This document shows, piece by piece, positions 1 to 11,546 of a DNA stretch of 62,340 nucleotides. The notes under the pieces are model-generated. The model did not search any database and was not told the DNA's origin. It saw only the letters and a list, made by a program, of their open reading frames with translations. Made by a program: the position numbers and the translations under genes. Each line of letters opens with the position of its first letter. The first letter of the stretch is position 1. The stretch comes from Candidatus Binatia bacterium (GTDB taxonomy: Bacteria > Desulfobacterota > Binatia > Bin18). The stretch lies in NCBI GenBank assembly GCA_963666315.2, contig CAXXHG010000037.1, forward strand, positions 1-62,340, read 5' to 3'.

Positions 1-1857
<1,857 letters not shown>

Positions 1858-2136
1858 TCTCCGCGAGGCGCTCGTAACGGTCGTCTCCTGTTGCGTCCGC
1901 CAAGGCGAGGTAGTTGCAGACCGCAAAGGCATCAGTCCACAGATACCGCTCCGGAGGGCGGTCGGGGGCGAGACCGGTGCGCTCGGCGAAGCCCGCCATG
2001 AGGTCGATCGTTTCTTGGATGCGCGGCTCCACGTTGATCGGAGCCCTCCCTTGTTCGCCGGCCCACGTGATGCTGAGACCGACCGCGACCGCGAGCAACC
2101 AGCGGCTCACGCTCCTAGTGTCGGGCAAAGCCGTGC
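1858..2136 (-). pseudogene. N-terminal fragment of a conserved hypothetical protein (RYLWTDAFAVCN motif)
   Basis: MAGFAERTGL...RYLWTDAFAVCNYLAL runs directly into the antisense of the katG stop, so it is truncated. Confidence 0.5.
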
Positions 2137-2252
2137 TGACCTGCCCCCCTGAAACAGACCCAGCCTGAGCGGTAGGATCTCGGGCGTGGGGAAAGGAGGC
2201 AGGATGCCCACGAAGCACTACAGCACGGGACAGATTGTCCGTAAGCTGCGGC
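2137..2252 (+). mobile_element. IS3-family left-end remnant (terminal IR plus first codons of OrfA)
   Basis: TGACCTGCCCCC terminus, GGAGG RBS, then MPTKHYSTGQIVRKLR, typical of IS3 OrfA starts. Confidence 0.6.
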
Positions 2253-2428
2253 GAGACGAGGTTGAGCTCGGCCGCCAGATCTCTGCAGCTGATAGTCTGC
2301 AGATTCCCTACGTCCTGATTCTTGGGCCTGACGAGGTCGAACGCCAAATCTATACTTTGAAAAACCTGGCGACTGGGGAACAGCAGACGCTGGCGGAAGA
2401 TGCGCTTATCGCAGTGCTGCGATCATAA
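2253..2428 (+). pseudogene. Histidyl-tRNA synthetase C-terminal anticodon-binding fragment
   Basis: LGRQISAADSLQIPYVLILGPDEVERQIYTLKNLATGEQQTL matches the HGTP anticodon-binding domain pattern; fused in frame to the IS3 stub. Confidence 0.6.
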
Positions 2429-2432
2429 TGTG

Positions 2433-2464
2433 AGGTCGGGTTACGCTTCGCTAACCCGACCTAC
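2433..2464. repeat. REP-like palindrome
   Basis: AGGTCGGGTTA-cgcttcgc-TAACCCGACCT followed by AC (GTAG on the minus strand), between convergent genes. Confidence 0.6.
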
Positions 2465-2496
2465 GGTCTGGGCCATTGCGTGCCTTCGGCGGTTCC

Positions 2497-4299
2497 CTAG
2501 AACACCATCTCAAGCTGGGCGATCAGATTATCCCGGTCACGCAAGAAGCCAATGCCGTTATATTGCCCATCCAGGTAGTTGTACTGCAGCGTCAGTCGGA
2601 AAGGATCGCGCGTAAGTGTTATGCCCGGCTGGACCAGCCAGGATCCCTGCCAGTCGTAGAAATAGACGAGCTGAGGTTTGATCACCCCGGACCGGAAGGA
2701 TGTTGAGATGCTGAACGTGTTCACGAATTGGTGCTGATCGATATTGACCAAAGTTCGGTTCTGGCGGTTCGGGTCGCTGACCGGGACCGAAAAATGGCCG
2801 AAGTCGTACGGCCCAACCGACTCCAGCGAGGTATCATTAAAGTCGACGATATGGGTGCCAAACATCTGGGCACTAATAATAAAGGACCGCTGAGGATTGA
2901 GGACACGAATATAACGGTTCACATCCACGCCCAATACCCAGCGGACCACGTGCGAGTGAGCAATATCGTTTTCGTAGGCCAATAAGGGTGAGCCCGTCAC
3001 CGGATCCACTCCAACTTGTCTGTAACCGGGAGTGATCTGGCCATCTGTCTCGACTGGTCCGAGGAGAATGTTTGGCCCGAAATTCTTAAAAAACGGCTCA
3101 TCCCAGAAAACGGCGGCCTCACTACGGATAATGGCAAACAGGCTCGGGATAGGGAAAGAGGCGGTCAGTCCTGAGATTGCAATTTTCGGGTACAGCACGT
3201 TGGCCTGGAAATGATCCAGAATATACTGGGACGTCTGTCCATCGTTGACCGCCTGGTCAAACTCGGCCAGGTTAATCGGTGAGTTACTCCTAGGGGTCAC
3301 AATCCGTACCTCGGGCGTGTCGATAAACGTGTAGTAATGCGCAGCCGACAGGGTGAGATCACCGGCTCTGGCTGTGAGGCGAAAGCCACCCCGGGTGTCT
3401 TTGAAGTTCTGAGCGGGCTTCTTGACCACACTACTCAGCCCGAGTGGATTGGGGGCCGACCACGGGGAGCCAGCTGGAACGGGGCTCGAAATATTCTTGT
3501 CAAAGGCTCCGTAGCCTTCGATGTTGAACTCGGAGAAAGGGCCAATATCCTCAAAGCTATATACGGCCCGAATCATATCCAGCGGCACCCGCCGATCATC
3601 CAAGGACACAAGAAAGCCGCCAAAGCTGTCGTCCAGAGGATTGATCTGATCCAGCAGGCGGAACGCGTCGGTCTCGCCCCAGGACAGATTTTGACGCCCA
3701 ATGCGTAAAAATAAGGACTCCCAAGACAGGTCGACATAGGCCTCAAACAGCCGATGGCGTTTGCGCAAAGTGCGCCGGGGGTTTAAGCGTGAGCAATTTG
3801 TAAACTGACGTGGACTGGTCCGTTTTTGTTTACTGGCAGGAGCGCAGTTGGAAAGCAGCGGAAACCGTTCGCTATACACATCCGGGCCGTAATCCCAGAC
3901 TCCATCGTACTCGCCCCGATAGGTCATGAAATAGCTCATATCTTCAAGCTGCAGCCACTGGAGAGGTTGCAGCAGCGGGGCCAGAAAACTGAGACGTCCC
4001 TGGTAGCTGCCCTCAATCAGGTCTAGTAAATCGTGGCGGAGTTCGAGTTGCAGGAACGTGCGGTTCTGCAACATATTGAACGAGTTATACGGGGTCTGGA
4101 GGCGCGTATTCTTGGCTGCCTTCTCAACTGCCATGGCCGTCCGGTTGTATACGCGCCCGTTAAAACGTAGGGTTTGCGCTTCGTCCAGAAAACGCGCCGA
4201 TACGAGGCCGGGCCCTACAAGGGCAGACTCAAGGAATAAGACGGCGAAAAAAAGAAACCAGGCCGGCCTCGCTCCCGTTTTTGTGTGCGGCTCAGTCAT
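2497..4299 (-). CDS. DUF1302-family outer-membrane beta-barrel protein
   Basis: Signal peptide, LRIGRQNLSWGETDAFRLLDQINPLD motif, C-terminal LRDRDNLIAQLEMVF; adjacent to DUF1329 gene. Confidence 0.8.
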   Translation of the reverse strand: MTEPHTKTGARPAWFLFFAVLFLESALVGPGLVSARFLDEAQTLRFNGRVYNRTAMAVEKAAKNTRLQTPYNSFNMLQNRTFLQLELRHDLLDLIEGSYQGRLSFLAPLLQPLQWLQLEDMSYFMTYRGEYDGVWDYGPDVYSERFPLLSNCAPASKQKRTSPRQFTNCSRLNPRRTLRKRHRLFEAYVDLSWESLFLRIGRQNLSWGETDAFRLLDQINPLDDSFGGFLVSLDDRRVPLDMIRAVYSFEDIGPFSEFNIEGYGAFDKNISSPVPAGSPWSAPNPLGLSSVVKKPAQNFKDTRGGFRLTARAGDLTLSAAHYYTFIDTPEVRIVTPRSNSPINLAEFDQAVNDGQTSQYILDHFQANVLYPKIAISGLTASFPIPSLFAIIRSEAAVFWDEPFFKNFGPNILLGPVETDGQITPGYRQVGVDPVTGSPLLAYENDIAHSHVVRWVLGVDVNRYIRVLNPQRSFIISAQMFGTHIVDFNDTSLESVGPYDFGHFSVPVSDPNRQNRTLVNIDQHQFVNTFSISTSFRSGVIKPQLVYFYDWQGSWLVQPGITLTRDPFRLTLQYNYLDGQYNGIGFLRDRDNLIAQLEMVF

Positions 4300-4323
4300 G
4301 AGGCATCAGGTGAGAGAGACCTC

Positions 4324-5598
4324 TCACTTGCCCAACCGCACCATTTGTTTGACCGTAAATGTCCGCGGCTTCAGTGGTTTGTTCAACAAGATTCTGTCTG
4401 CAGTCCAGAGCGCGGCCGTATTGCTCTTATAGTCTATCCACACATTGCCTAAGTGCAGATGGGTGCCTTTCACATGCGCATTGTCGGGATCCGCAGCCGG
4501 GTCTCCAAACGTGTGAAAGAGCGTCCGCCAGTGATTCCCCTCGCGGTCATACACAAAGAGACACAGGGCTGAATAGATCTGTCGGTCAATGTAAAAGCGA
4601 CGCCTGCCGTATGGGTGGCCAGAATCGTTCGGGGTTGCTTCGAGCACCACGACTGTACGCAACTCCCACGGGGACTGTGGATACCAGCCGCCCTTGCCCC
4701 CGTACTCGGGCGGCGTTCCGCCTATGAACCCTGGGACCAGCGCCACCTGTTCGCCGATGTACTTCCAGGTGAAGTCGCGCATATAGCCCTGAAAGCCGGC
4801 GTGATCTTCTACTAAGAAGTTTGCCTCAAACGAGGATGCGAGGGGATTCACCACGATGCTGCGTGTGCGGCGACTCTGCGGATCATACGCCCAGCTCTTC
4901 TGGTTTGCCGTATCCGCTGCATAGTGAAAGGTGAGACGCTGAGCGCCCTCAAGATCTTGCGGGCTCAGGACAATCGAGTGCTCTCGCCACCAGGTGCCTT
5001 CTTTTGCCCACTTCGGGACGTTGAGGTCGGGATTGGTGCGGTACATGCCGTATTTGCGTATATAGCGGGTGTCCACCGCACGTTCGGTATTGCCGGAACT
5101 ATTGACCGTACGCAGTACGCCTTGGGTCACCATCGTATCGCCCATATAGCGGAGACGAAAATTCCAGGCGGCTTTGAGCCCGGCTTGCGGGTCAGCAGGA
5201 TCAATCAGGGGAAAGGGCTGGCCAACGGTGTAGTTCTGGAGTTCGCCATCCGCGCCGATTTGGACCTGACCCGCGTGCTCGATTGAGGCCTGCCTATAGT
5301 CGTCAAGGATGGGAAAGTCTGTTGTTGCCTGCACCGTAATCTCGAAATCTCCGGCTTGGACAACGCGTACAATCTCCGGCGGCAGCACCTTTGCTGCGAC
5401 CTGGACATTCTCTTTGGTAATGGTCATGCCGGGCGTAATCCCGTCAACCTGCGGACTGCCATTGCGGTAGGGAAGAAAACCGTCCAGCAGTTTTTGGTCT
5501 TCCTCCTGGGCGGAAACGCTGAGCGGCAGCGTAGCCAGCATGCTGACTACGCAAATGACAATAAGGGCGTCTAGAAATTCGTAGTTTCTCGTTTGCAC
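4324..5598 (-). CDS. DUF1329-family periplasmic protein (LolA-like fold)
   Basis: GQPFPLIDPADPQAGLKAAWNF, SWAYDPQSRRTR, HPYGRRRFYIDRQ motifs; signal peptide. Confidence 0.8.
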   Translation of the reverse strand: MQTRNYEFLDALIVICVVSMLATLPLSVSAQEEDQKLLDGFLPYRNGSPQVDGITPGMTITKENVQVAAKVLPPEIVRVVQAGDFEITVQATTDFPILDDYRQASIEHAGQVQIGADGELQNYTVGQPFPLIDPADPQAGLKAAWNFRLRYMGDTMVTQGVLRTVNSSGNTERAVDTRYIRKYGMYRTNPDLNVPKWAKEGTWWREHSIVLSPQDLEGAQRLTFHYAADTANQKSWAYDPQSRRTRSIVVNPLASSFEANFLVEDHAGFQGYMRDFTWKYIGEQVALVPGFIGGTPPEYGGKGGWYPQSPWELRTVVVLEATPNDSGHPYGRRRFYIDRQIYSALCLFVYDREGNHWRTLFHTFGDPAADPDNAHVKGTHLHLGNVWIDYKSNTAALWTADRILLNKPLKPRTFTVKQMVRLGK

Positions 5599-5798
5599 TT
5601 TAAGATCCCCCCAAATGCCGAGTCTGCCGAATCTGCAAAGTCTGCAGGATATGAATGAACGTTCGGTCTCTTTTAGAGCTTACCCCCCTGACATGCAAGA
5701 GGCCGGAAGAGGCTGGAAGGGAGCCTGAGATCAAGAGGAGTGGGCTTTAGGGGCTTGGTCCGGTACAATATGTCCCTTCCAAACAGAGGAGAAAACTC

Positions 5799-6114
5799 AT
5801 GCTCACACTCCATCATAACGAAATGTCCACCTGTTCCCAAAAGGTACGTTTGACCTCGGCTGAGAAGAACCTGGAGTGGAAGAGCATCCATCTAAGATTG
5901 CGTAAAGGCGAGCAATTTGACCCGGTTTGAACATCTCCACTTGCTCGGCATGCTGGACAGCCTACCGCGCCTGCGCGGCTGATACGAGCGGGTCAAAGCA
6001 CGGCCAAGTTATCGAACCGCTATGACTACATGGGAGAGTCCGGCCTATTTCGAGCTGTATAACACCATGGTGCCGCAGGAATGGCCACGGGTGCAGGCTA
6101 TTCTCCAGGCGTGA
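5799..6114 (+). pseudogene. Glutathione S-transferase pseudogene with internal deletion
   Basis: RBS GAGGAG + MLTLHHNEMSTCSQKVRLTSAEKNLEW...GEQFDP jumps to a C-terminal segment LPRLRG*YERVKARPSY; stops and frameshifts. Confidence 0.7.
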
Positions 6115-6253
6115 CAGGGGCGACAGCAGCCAGTATAGAGGTATCCCTCGACAGCAGTCAGTCCCCTAGGTTAGTCTCAGTCTTACCGTCCTCCTCCCTG
6201 CCTGTGGCGAATCGGGTCTGTCAAAACCGCCACGCCAGCCCGCCCCGCTCGAT

Positions 6254-6898
6254 ATGGCCACGGTAGGAACGATATCTGGAACCATACACTTTGAAGGACC
6301 AGTGCCAGAGCAAGGCGTTCTCCAACTCGGTGGCTGGTCCGAGTGTGCAGCGCAACATGAAGGCACGGCGTATGCCAGCGATGTGCTCGTCACAAACGGC
6401 AAACTCCAAAACGCGCTGGTGTATATCAAAAACGGACTCGGCGACCGTGTTTTTACTGTTCCTGAACAGCCGGTACAGAACGACCAAAAGGGCTGCGTCT
6501 TTCTTCCCCACGTGATGGCGGTCCAAGTCGATCAACCGATCCGCTTCCTCAACAGTGACCCCACGGCCCACAATGTGCACGGACTGCCCGCCAATTCCTC
6601 GCGGTGGAATTTCAGTCCGGGTCTCAAGGGCGCCTCACGCACGATGAGCGTCGCCGCGGAAGAAACCGGTATTGAGGTCAAATGTGACATCCACGGCTGG
6701 ATGCGTGGATATGTCCGCGTGTTCGATCACCCCTATTTTGCGCTGAATGGCGAAGATGGATCTTTTACTCTCAACAATGTCCCGCCAGGTGAGTACGCAC
6801 TCGAAGCCTGGCACGAACGCTTTGGGGTGCAGCCGCAGAAAGTTTCCCTTTCAGCCAAAGGCGAAGGGACGGTCAAGCTGACGTTTACGGCAGGCTAG
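6254..6898 (+). CDS. Cupredoxin-like / carboxypeptidase-regulatory-like domain lipoprotein (signal peptide disrupted)
   Basis: DQKGCVFLPHV, NSDPTAHNVH, VKCDIHGWM, DHPYFA motifs; upstream in-frame LTVLLPACG lipobox follows a TAG at 6167-6169 and has no start. Confidence 0.65.
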   Translation: MATVGTISGTIHFEGPVPEQGVLQLGGWSECAAQHEGTAYASDVLVTNGKLQNALVYIKNGLGDRVFTVPEQPVQNDQKGCVFLPHVMAVQVDQPIRFLNSDPTAHNVHGLPANSSRWNFSPGLKGASRTMSVAAEETGIEVKCDIHGWMRGYVRVFDHPYFALNGEDGSFTLNNVPPGEYALEAWHERFGVQPQKVSLSAKGEGTVKLTFTAG

Positions 6899-6964
6899 AG
6901 AGACGAGAGGGGCGGGTCATAAACCGCTCCTACTCTTATTTTACGAAAAATAAAGAGTCCGGTA

Positions 6965-7591
6965 CTAATCCACCGGCCATTCCTTGGCAACCTTGCCACC
7001 AATCTGAAAGATCATGTGATACGACAGACCAAAGCCGAGCCCCAGTACGATAATCAGCCACAGCGGTCCAAAAGTAATCGACGGGTAATGCCCGGCTCCG
7101 GCTATCATGCCGAAGAGCATGGGCACGGACAGAAACGTATTCGCTCGAGAAGCCAGCAGGGCCTTCTTAGGCAACGCTGGGTCTGGAGCTTCACCCTTCA
7201 CTATTGCAGTAATAATCTGTTGCTGGGCCGGCCAAATGATGAACCAGACATTGAACCACATAATCGTTCCGAACAGCGCACCCATGGTAATCCACAGTCC
7301 CGCGCTCGACCCAAATAAACCGGCATCGCCGGTAAAGCCGCTGCCGAGGAGAAAATACTTCCACAGGATCAGCAACAGACCGGATAGAAAGGTAAACATG
7401 GCTCCCCAGCGGAACCACCACAGCGTGCGCGGCATGAGTTGCGGCACCACCTGTTTCCGGACTTCCGCTTCGAGTGCGCCTTGGAAGTGGGCGTTGATTA
7501 AATTGAAGTAGTACAGTAGGCCGACCCAGGTAATGCCTGCTAAGAGATGGATCCACCGGAAAAGCGCTTGCCACACATCGTTCACATCCAT
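6965..7591 (-). CDS. Urate hydroxylase PuuD-like membrane protein
   Basis: FRWIHLLAGITWVGLLYYFN, WWFRWGAMFTFLSG, GTIMWFNVWFIIWPAQ, ASRANTFLSVPML. Confidence 0.75.
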   Translation of the reverse strand: MDVNDVWQALFRWIHLLAGITWVGLLYYFNLINAHFQGALEAEVRKQVVPQLMPRTLWWFRWGAMFTFLSGLLLILWKYFLLGSGFTGDAGLFGSSAGLWITMGALFGTIMWFNVWFIIWPAQQQIITAIVKGEAPDPALPKKALLASRANTFLSVPMLFGMIAGAGHYPSITFGPLWLIIVLGLGFGLSYHMIFQIGGKVAKEWPVD

Positions 7592-7790
7592 AGCTCATTC
7601 CCCTATAGGAAGGGCAGACTCCTTGTCAATGCGGTCTGGTCAATCCGGCCAATTATGAGTAGCCCCCGGAAGAACGCTTCGGTAAGTAGCCCTCAGTCCT
7701 GAGTTGACCGAGGAGGGTCGTCAGTCCAGAGGCAGAGTGTAGAATTGAGTGATCCGACTCGCCTCTACTGCCATCAAAGGACGACGACCC

Positions 7791-8006
7791 ATGCTCGACA
7801 CCATAGAGGACCAGATGACCATAATCTCCTGTTTTGTGGACGATTTCTTCCACGCCCAGCCTGCAGTGGCGCCGCACGCATGCCCCCGCTTCAGCGCTGC
7901 CGAAGTCCTGACCGTGGCCTTGCTCCAAGGCGTCTTTGAGGTGGCCACTTTGAAGCGGACCTATCGCCTGGCGGCCAGCAACTGGCAGGCATCAGCCCTG
8001 GTCTGA
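7791..8006 (+). mobile_element. IS982-family transposase N-terminal fragment
   Basis: MLDTIEDQMTIISCFVDDFF...PRFSAAEVLTVALLQG pattern; truncated. Confidence 0.6.
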
Positions 8007-8017
8007 TAGGGCTGGCC

Positions 8018-8368
8018 CTACAGGGCCAGCAAGACACCAAGGAAGATCGTCGCCATGAGCAACGACACCTTGCCTGCGACCTGGTGCTCACCTAGTTTCC
8101 AGTAAGCAATGATCGCCAGGACCATCAGCACCTCGACCAAGCCGAACTTGGCAAAACGTCCAATGTCGTTCCAGTTGTAAGCAACAAAGAACATGGCGGC
8201 AAAAGCCAGGGCCAGGCCACCCAGCCAAAGTAGGAGATGATCAATAAAGGTTCGCCAGGCCTGGCCATCGGGGGTGATCTTTGCCGCGGTCAGGGCGTCG
8301 ACTATCTTCTCCGTCGGGATAGCGCCCTGCTCGACGAATGGAATGATCTGGTTGCTGGGTGAAGTCAT
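8018..8368 (-). pseudogene. DUF2157-family membrane protein, C-terminally truncated
   Basis: LLWLGGLALAFAAMFFVAYNWNDIGRFAKFGL; TAG stop followed by GQPYQT sequence then the IS982 stub. Confidence 0.7.
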
Positions 8369-8398
8369 GGCCTGTTTTCGGGTACGGCTGCTCTTTAT

Positions 8399-8529
8399 TC
8401 ATGACAAAAAACATCCAGAGTGACACACTTCCCCTCTCAATCCTCGGCCCCGTCTTGGCGTGATGTTTTGACGAAGTTGTAGAATATCACGCCAAGTGGT
8501 TCCCTAGGCTGAATCGACACTGAGCAAGG
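8399..8529. repeat. ~130-bp non-coding hairpin-containing repeat, copy 1
   Basis: Aligns with 9906-10035 (TCATGACAAAAAA...TCAATCCTCG...GTGGTTCCCTAG...TCGACA); hairpin CTTGGCGTGAT/ATCACGCCAAG. Confidence 0.85.
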
Positions 8530-8557
8530 CGCCGAAGAAGACGTTGCGGCTCTAGTG

Positions 8558-8666
8558 GCCTAACCGCCCGGTCACCGTTTGCCGCCCACACCGGGGCTTC
8601 TCAGGTTCACACCAAGCCGCAAGCGGACGGCAGTACGGCGTACTGGGGTGGCTGGCTTGGCTAGAC
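8558..8666 (-). other. Degenerate integron attC-like site
   Basis: On the minus strand, just after the LLM stop: imperfect hairpin AGTACGCCGTACTGCCG...CGGCAAACGGTGACC ending in a perfect GTTAGGC core; inverse core is degenerate. Confidence 0.35.
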
Positions 8667-8671
8667 GTGTA

Positions 8672-9796
8672 CTATACCCGTAACCCAGCTTGACGCATCA
8701 AGGGCAGCACTCTCTCACCTAAGTAGTCCAGCTCCTCCAGATAATCGTGGCCAATGAGGGCGATCCCCTCAACCCCGATGTCCGAGAGCTTGAGCATCTC
8801 GTCTACGATTTGTTCAGGCGTACCCACCAGGGGATATCCGCCCCAGCCTGCTATCCAGCGCGCAGCAAATTTCTTGATCTGGCTGCCAAAGGATTGACTC
8901 TCCGTGCCTAACGTTCGCATGATGTTCGCTGCTGCGTCCCAGTCCCCTTTCTCCAGAATGTAGTCGAGCGCTTGCCGGGCTTCGCGCTCCGTGTCTCGAC
9001 ACAGGATGAAGCCATACGTCAGCACCCCGACCTCGCGCTTATACTCCTGCGCACGACGACGCACGTCTTCCGCAATGACTTTGCCGTTCTCCAAGGTGGC
9101 TACTGAGATGAAGTTGAAATCAACGTGCCGGGCCGAAAAGTCTCGTCCCGCTGGCGAGGCTCCCGCATTGACCACGACCGGGTAAGGTTTCTGGATGGGT
9201 TTGGGGAGCAAATACCCGTCTTTAACCCGAAAGAATTCTCCGCTGTGTTCAAAGTGCTGCTCGGTCCACAGCCGCTTGACTACTTCCAGCCATTCAGCCG
9301 CGTAACGGTAGCGGTCGTCGTGCTCCATCTGGGTCACCCCAAACATTTCCATTTCCGGCGTGTACCAACCACACACAACGTTAAGGCCCCAGCGGCCGTT
9401 GGAGATGTGATCGATAGTCGCCCCCTGCTTGGCCGACACAATCGGATGCACCGTCGGCACGTGGGAGGTGGCAAAGATCATAATGCGCTCCGTTTGCGCC
9501 GCGATTGCGGCGGCCCAAGTGTATACCTCCAGACAGTCGCCGTTGTAATCGCTCTTCCCACCCAGGCTTTTCCAGCGCCCAAAGGGGATGAGGAATTCCA
9601 AACCGAGCGCTTCAGCCTTCTTGGCAATCTCCAGATTATGCGAGTAGGTGGGTTTGAATGAGGTCTCGGCGAAGGTCATAGTCCCGCCGTAGCTCACGTT
9701 CATCCCAAAGACGCCAAGCTTCATCTTGTTCGCGTTATAGAGCGGCACGTGTTGGCGGCGATACGATTGTAACTCATCTAACTCATCTGGGTTCAT
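8672..9796 (-). CDS. LLM-class flavin-dependent monooxygenase
   Basis: AKQGATIDHISNGRWGLNVVCGW, VVVNAGASPAGRDFSARH, LVGTPEQIVD. Confidence 0.9.
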   Translation of the reverse strand: MNPDELDELQSYRRQHVPLYNANKMKLGVFGMNVSYGGTMTFAETSFKPTYSHNLEIAKKAEALGLEFLIPFGRWKSLGGKSDYNGDCLEVYTWAAAIAAQTERIMIFATSHVPTVHPIVSAKQGATIDHISNGRWGLNVVCGWYTPEMEMFGVTQMEHDDRYRYAAEWLEVVKRLWTEQHFEHSGEFFRVKDGYLLPKPIQKPYPVVVNAGASPAGRDFSARHVDFNFISVATLENGKVIAEDVRRRAQEYKREVGVLTYGFILCRDTEREARQALDYILEKGDWDAAANIMRTLGTESQSFGSQIKKFAARWIAGWGGYPLVGTPEQIVDEMLKLSDIGVEGIALIGHDYLEELDYLGERVLPLMRQAGLRV

Positions 9797-9905
9797 GTTT
9801 GTTGCTCCTCCTCAGGTGTGACACCCAGCTCATAATATGCTGCTTATTGAAAATGGACAAACCTTGCAACTTTTGCAGCATTTGACCATTCCAATATTGG
9901 CTCGA

Positions 9906-10035
9906 TCATGACAAAAAATATCCAGATTAATAATACTTACCCGCTCAATCCTCGACCCCGCCTCGGCGTGATATCTTGCAAAAGTTGCAGCTTATCATGC
10001 CGAGTGGTTCCCTAGACTGAGTCGACAGTGCAAGG
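9906..10035. repeat. ~130-bp non-coding hairpin-containing repeat, copy 2
   Basis: Homologous to 8399-8529; hairpin CTCGGCGTGATA/TATCATGCCGAG with a compensatory change. Confidence 0.85.
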
Positions 10036-10238
10036 GTCAGGCGGGAGAAAGGTGTCGAGGCACCGCAAGAAACCCACCCCGGCGCTATGCGCCACCCCTC
10101 CCAAGAGGCCTCCAAGGAGGGGATAGTAAAACTGTGGGGTGATGGGCTCTGGGGGGGGACGTAGACAGGCAGGATCATAACATCTGGAGCGTGGACGAAG
10201 GGAGAGGCAAGAGCCGAATCTTTCTGTTCGGGAGAGAA

Positions 10239-10553
10239 TCAGTACCAATACCGATGCGTGCGATAGCTTGGGTAAAAGTAATCATGCTGGCCATGATGAT
10301 CCTGCCGATGATGGCCGCGGTAATGCCGGCGGTAGGGGCGGTAGTCATAACGATCATAATGCCGATAGCCATGCCGATCATAATGCCGATAGTGGTGCCG
10401 ATACGCCCGATGGCGCGGATAGGAGTAATGGCCGTGATGGCCGTAATGATGGCGATAGTGATGCCCGCTCCACGTCCAGCCGGTTGACGGGACAAAAAGA
10501 AACGTGGCACCAATCAGGAGAGTCAATACAACAAGGGCCGTTTTCTTACGCAT
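10239..10553 (-). CDS. Secreted His/Arg/Tyr-rich low-complexity small protein
   Basis: GGAGG RBS, signal peptide MRKKTALVVLTLLIGATFLFV, then HHYRHHYGHHGHY repeats. Confidence 0.65.
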   Translation of the reverse strand: MRKKTALVVLTLLIGATFLFVPSTGWTWSGHHYRHHYGHHGHYSYPRHRAYRHHYRHYDRHGYRHYDRYDYRPYRRHYRGHHRQDHHGQHDYFYPSYRTHRYWY

Positions 10554-10712
10554 GAGGGCTTCCTCCTTGTTCTGTATCCTGTCCATGTAAACTGTTGAGA
10601 CGCGGAAAAGTTCCGTTTCTTGGGATGGTCAGCCCATTTGAGTTGCGTGTCAAGCGTAAAATTTATATGAGCAGAGAGAGGGAAATATTCTTGCACGGCA
10701 GCAGAGGAAGTC

Positions 10713-11420
10713 ATGACTGAGCACCCACCCCCAACTCAGCATATATTGGAAGGCGGCTTCCGCCTACGACCTGAGCAGGTCGTAGGGTATGCAAAACGAC
10801 ACGAAGAATTTATGCCGTATGTGATCAAACAACCCGGGTTCCGGGAAACCTATGGTGGCCCCATCCCGCGTAGCCCGTGGTGGTTCTTTACCGCGAAGTT
10901 CGACACGCTCGAAGATATGGAGCAGTGGCAAAAAGATCGCGCGCATGTCGACGTGCAGGACAGCGCGCGCGCGACGTGGTGGACGGGCTATTATATTCGA
11001 AAGGGACGCCTGCTCGCCCCAGGAGAATCCGTAACTGGACAGATCTTGAGTGAAACCATGATCTGCCGCGACACTGTGCTGTCACAAGAAGAACGTACTC
11101 GTATCCAAGCAGCGCTTTCGAAGTTGGCTGAGGCTGGTATCCGACCGTATGAAACTGTCTGGAGCGAGCGTACTGCCGTGCCGTATGTGTTTACCCAGTT
11201 AGCGGGGATTGCCCCGCAGCGAGCACCCCAGCACTATGTCCTGCTCAGCTATTGGCACAGGACAACAGACTGTCAGTCCTGGCAGGAGTCCGCCGAGTAT
11301 CGGCACATCACCGACCTCGGCACAATTCGTTCCACATGTTTTCAAATTATCCCTGAACGACAACGCCGCATGGGGCTCCGGCCTGACCGCATGCAGCGCG
11401 AGTGGCTGGTTGAGGAGTAG
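10713..11420 (+). CDS. ABM (antibiotic biosynthesis monooxygenase)-like dimeric alpha-beta barrel protein
   Basis: KQPGFRE...KFDTLEDMEQWQKDRAHVDVQ and a second LSYW...WQESAEY unit. Confidence 0.55.
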   Translation: MTEHPPPTQHILEGGFRLRPEQVVGYAKRHEEFMPYVIKQPGFRETYGGPIPRSPWWFFTAKFDTLEDMEQWQKDRAHVDVQDSARATWWTGYYIRKGRLLAPGESVTGQILSETMICRDTVLSQEERTRIQAALSKLAEAGIRPYETVWSERTAVPYVFTQLAGIAPQRAPQHYVLLSYWHRTTDCQSWQESAEYRHITDLGTIRSTCFQIIPERQRRMGLRPDRMQREWLVEE

Positions 11421-11546
11421 GGGGAAGGAGTCACCAAGCCAATACGGATGCATTTTTTCGGAATGTTGGAGTCGAATACGATGTGATCAATGTCAATGCG
11501 GCTGCGTTTACGTGTGTTGAAACGGAGCTGATATAAAGGGGACCGT

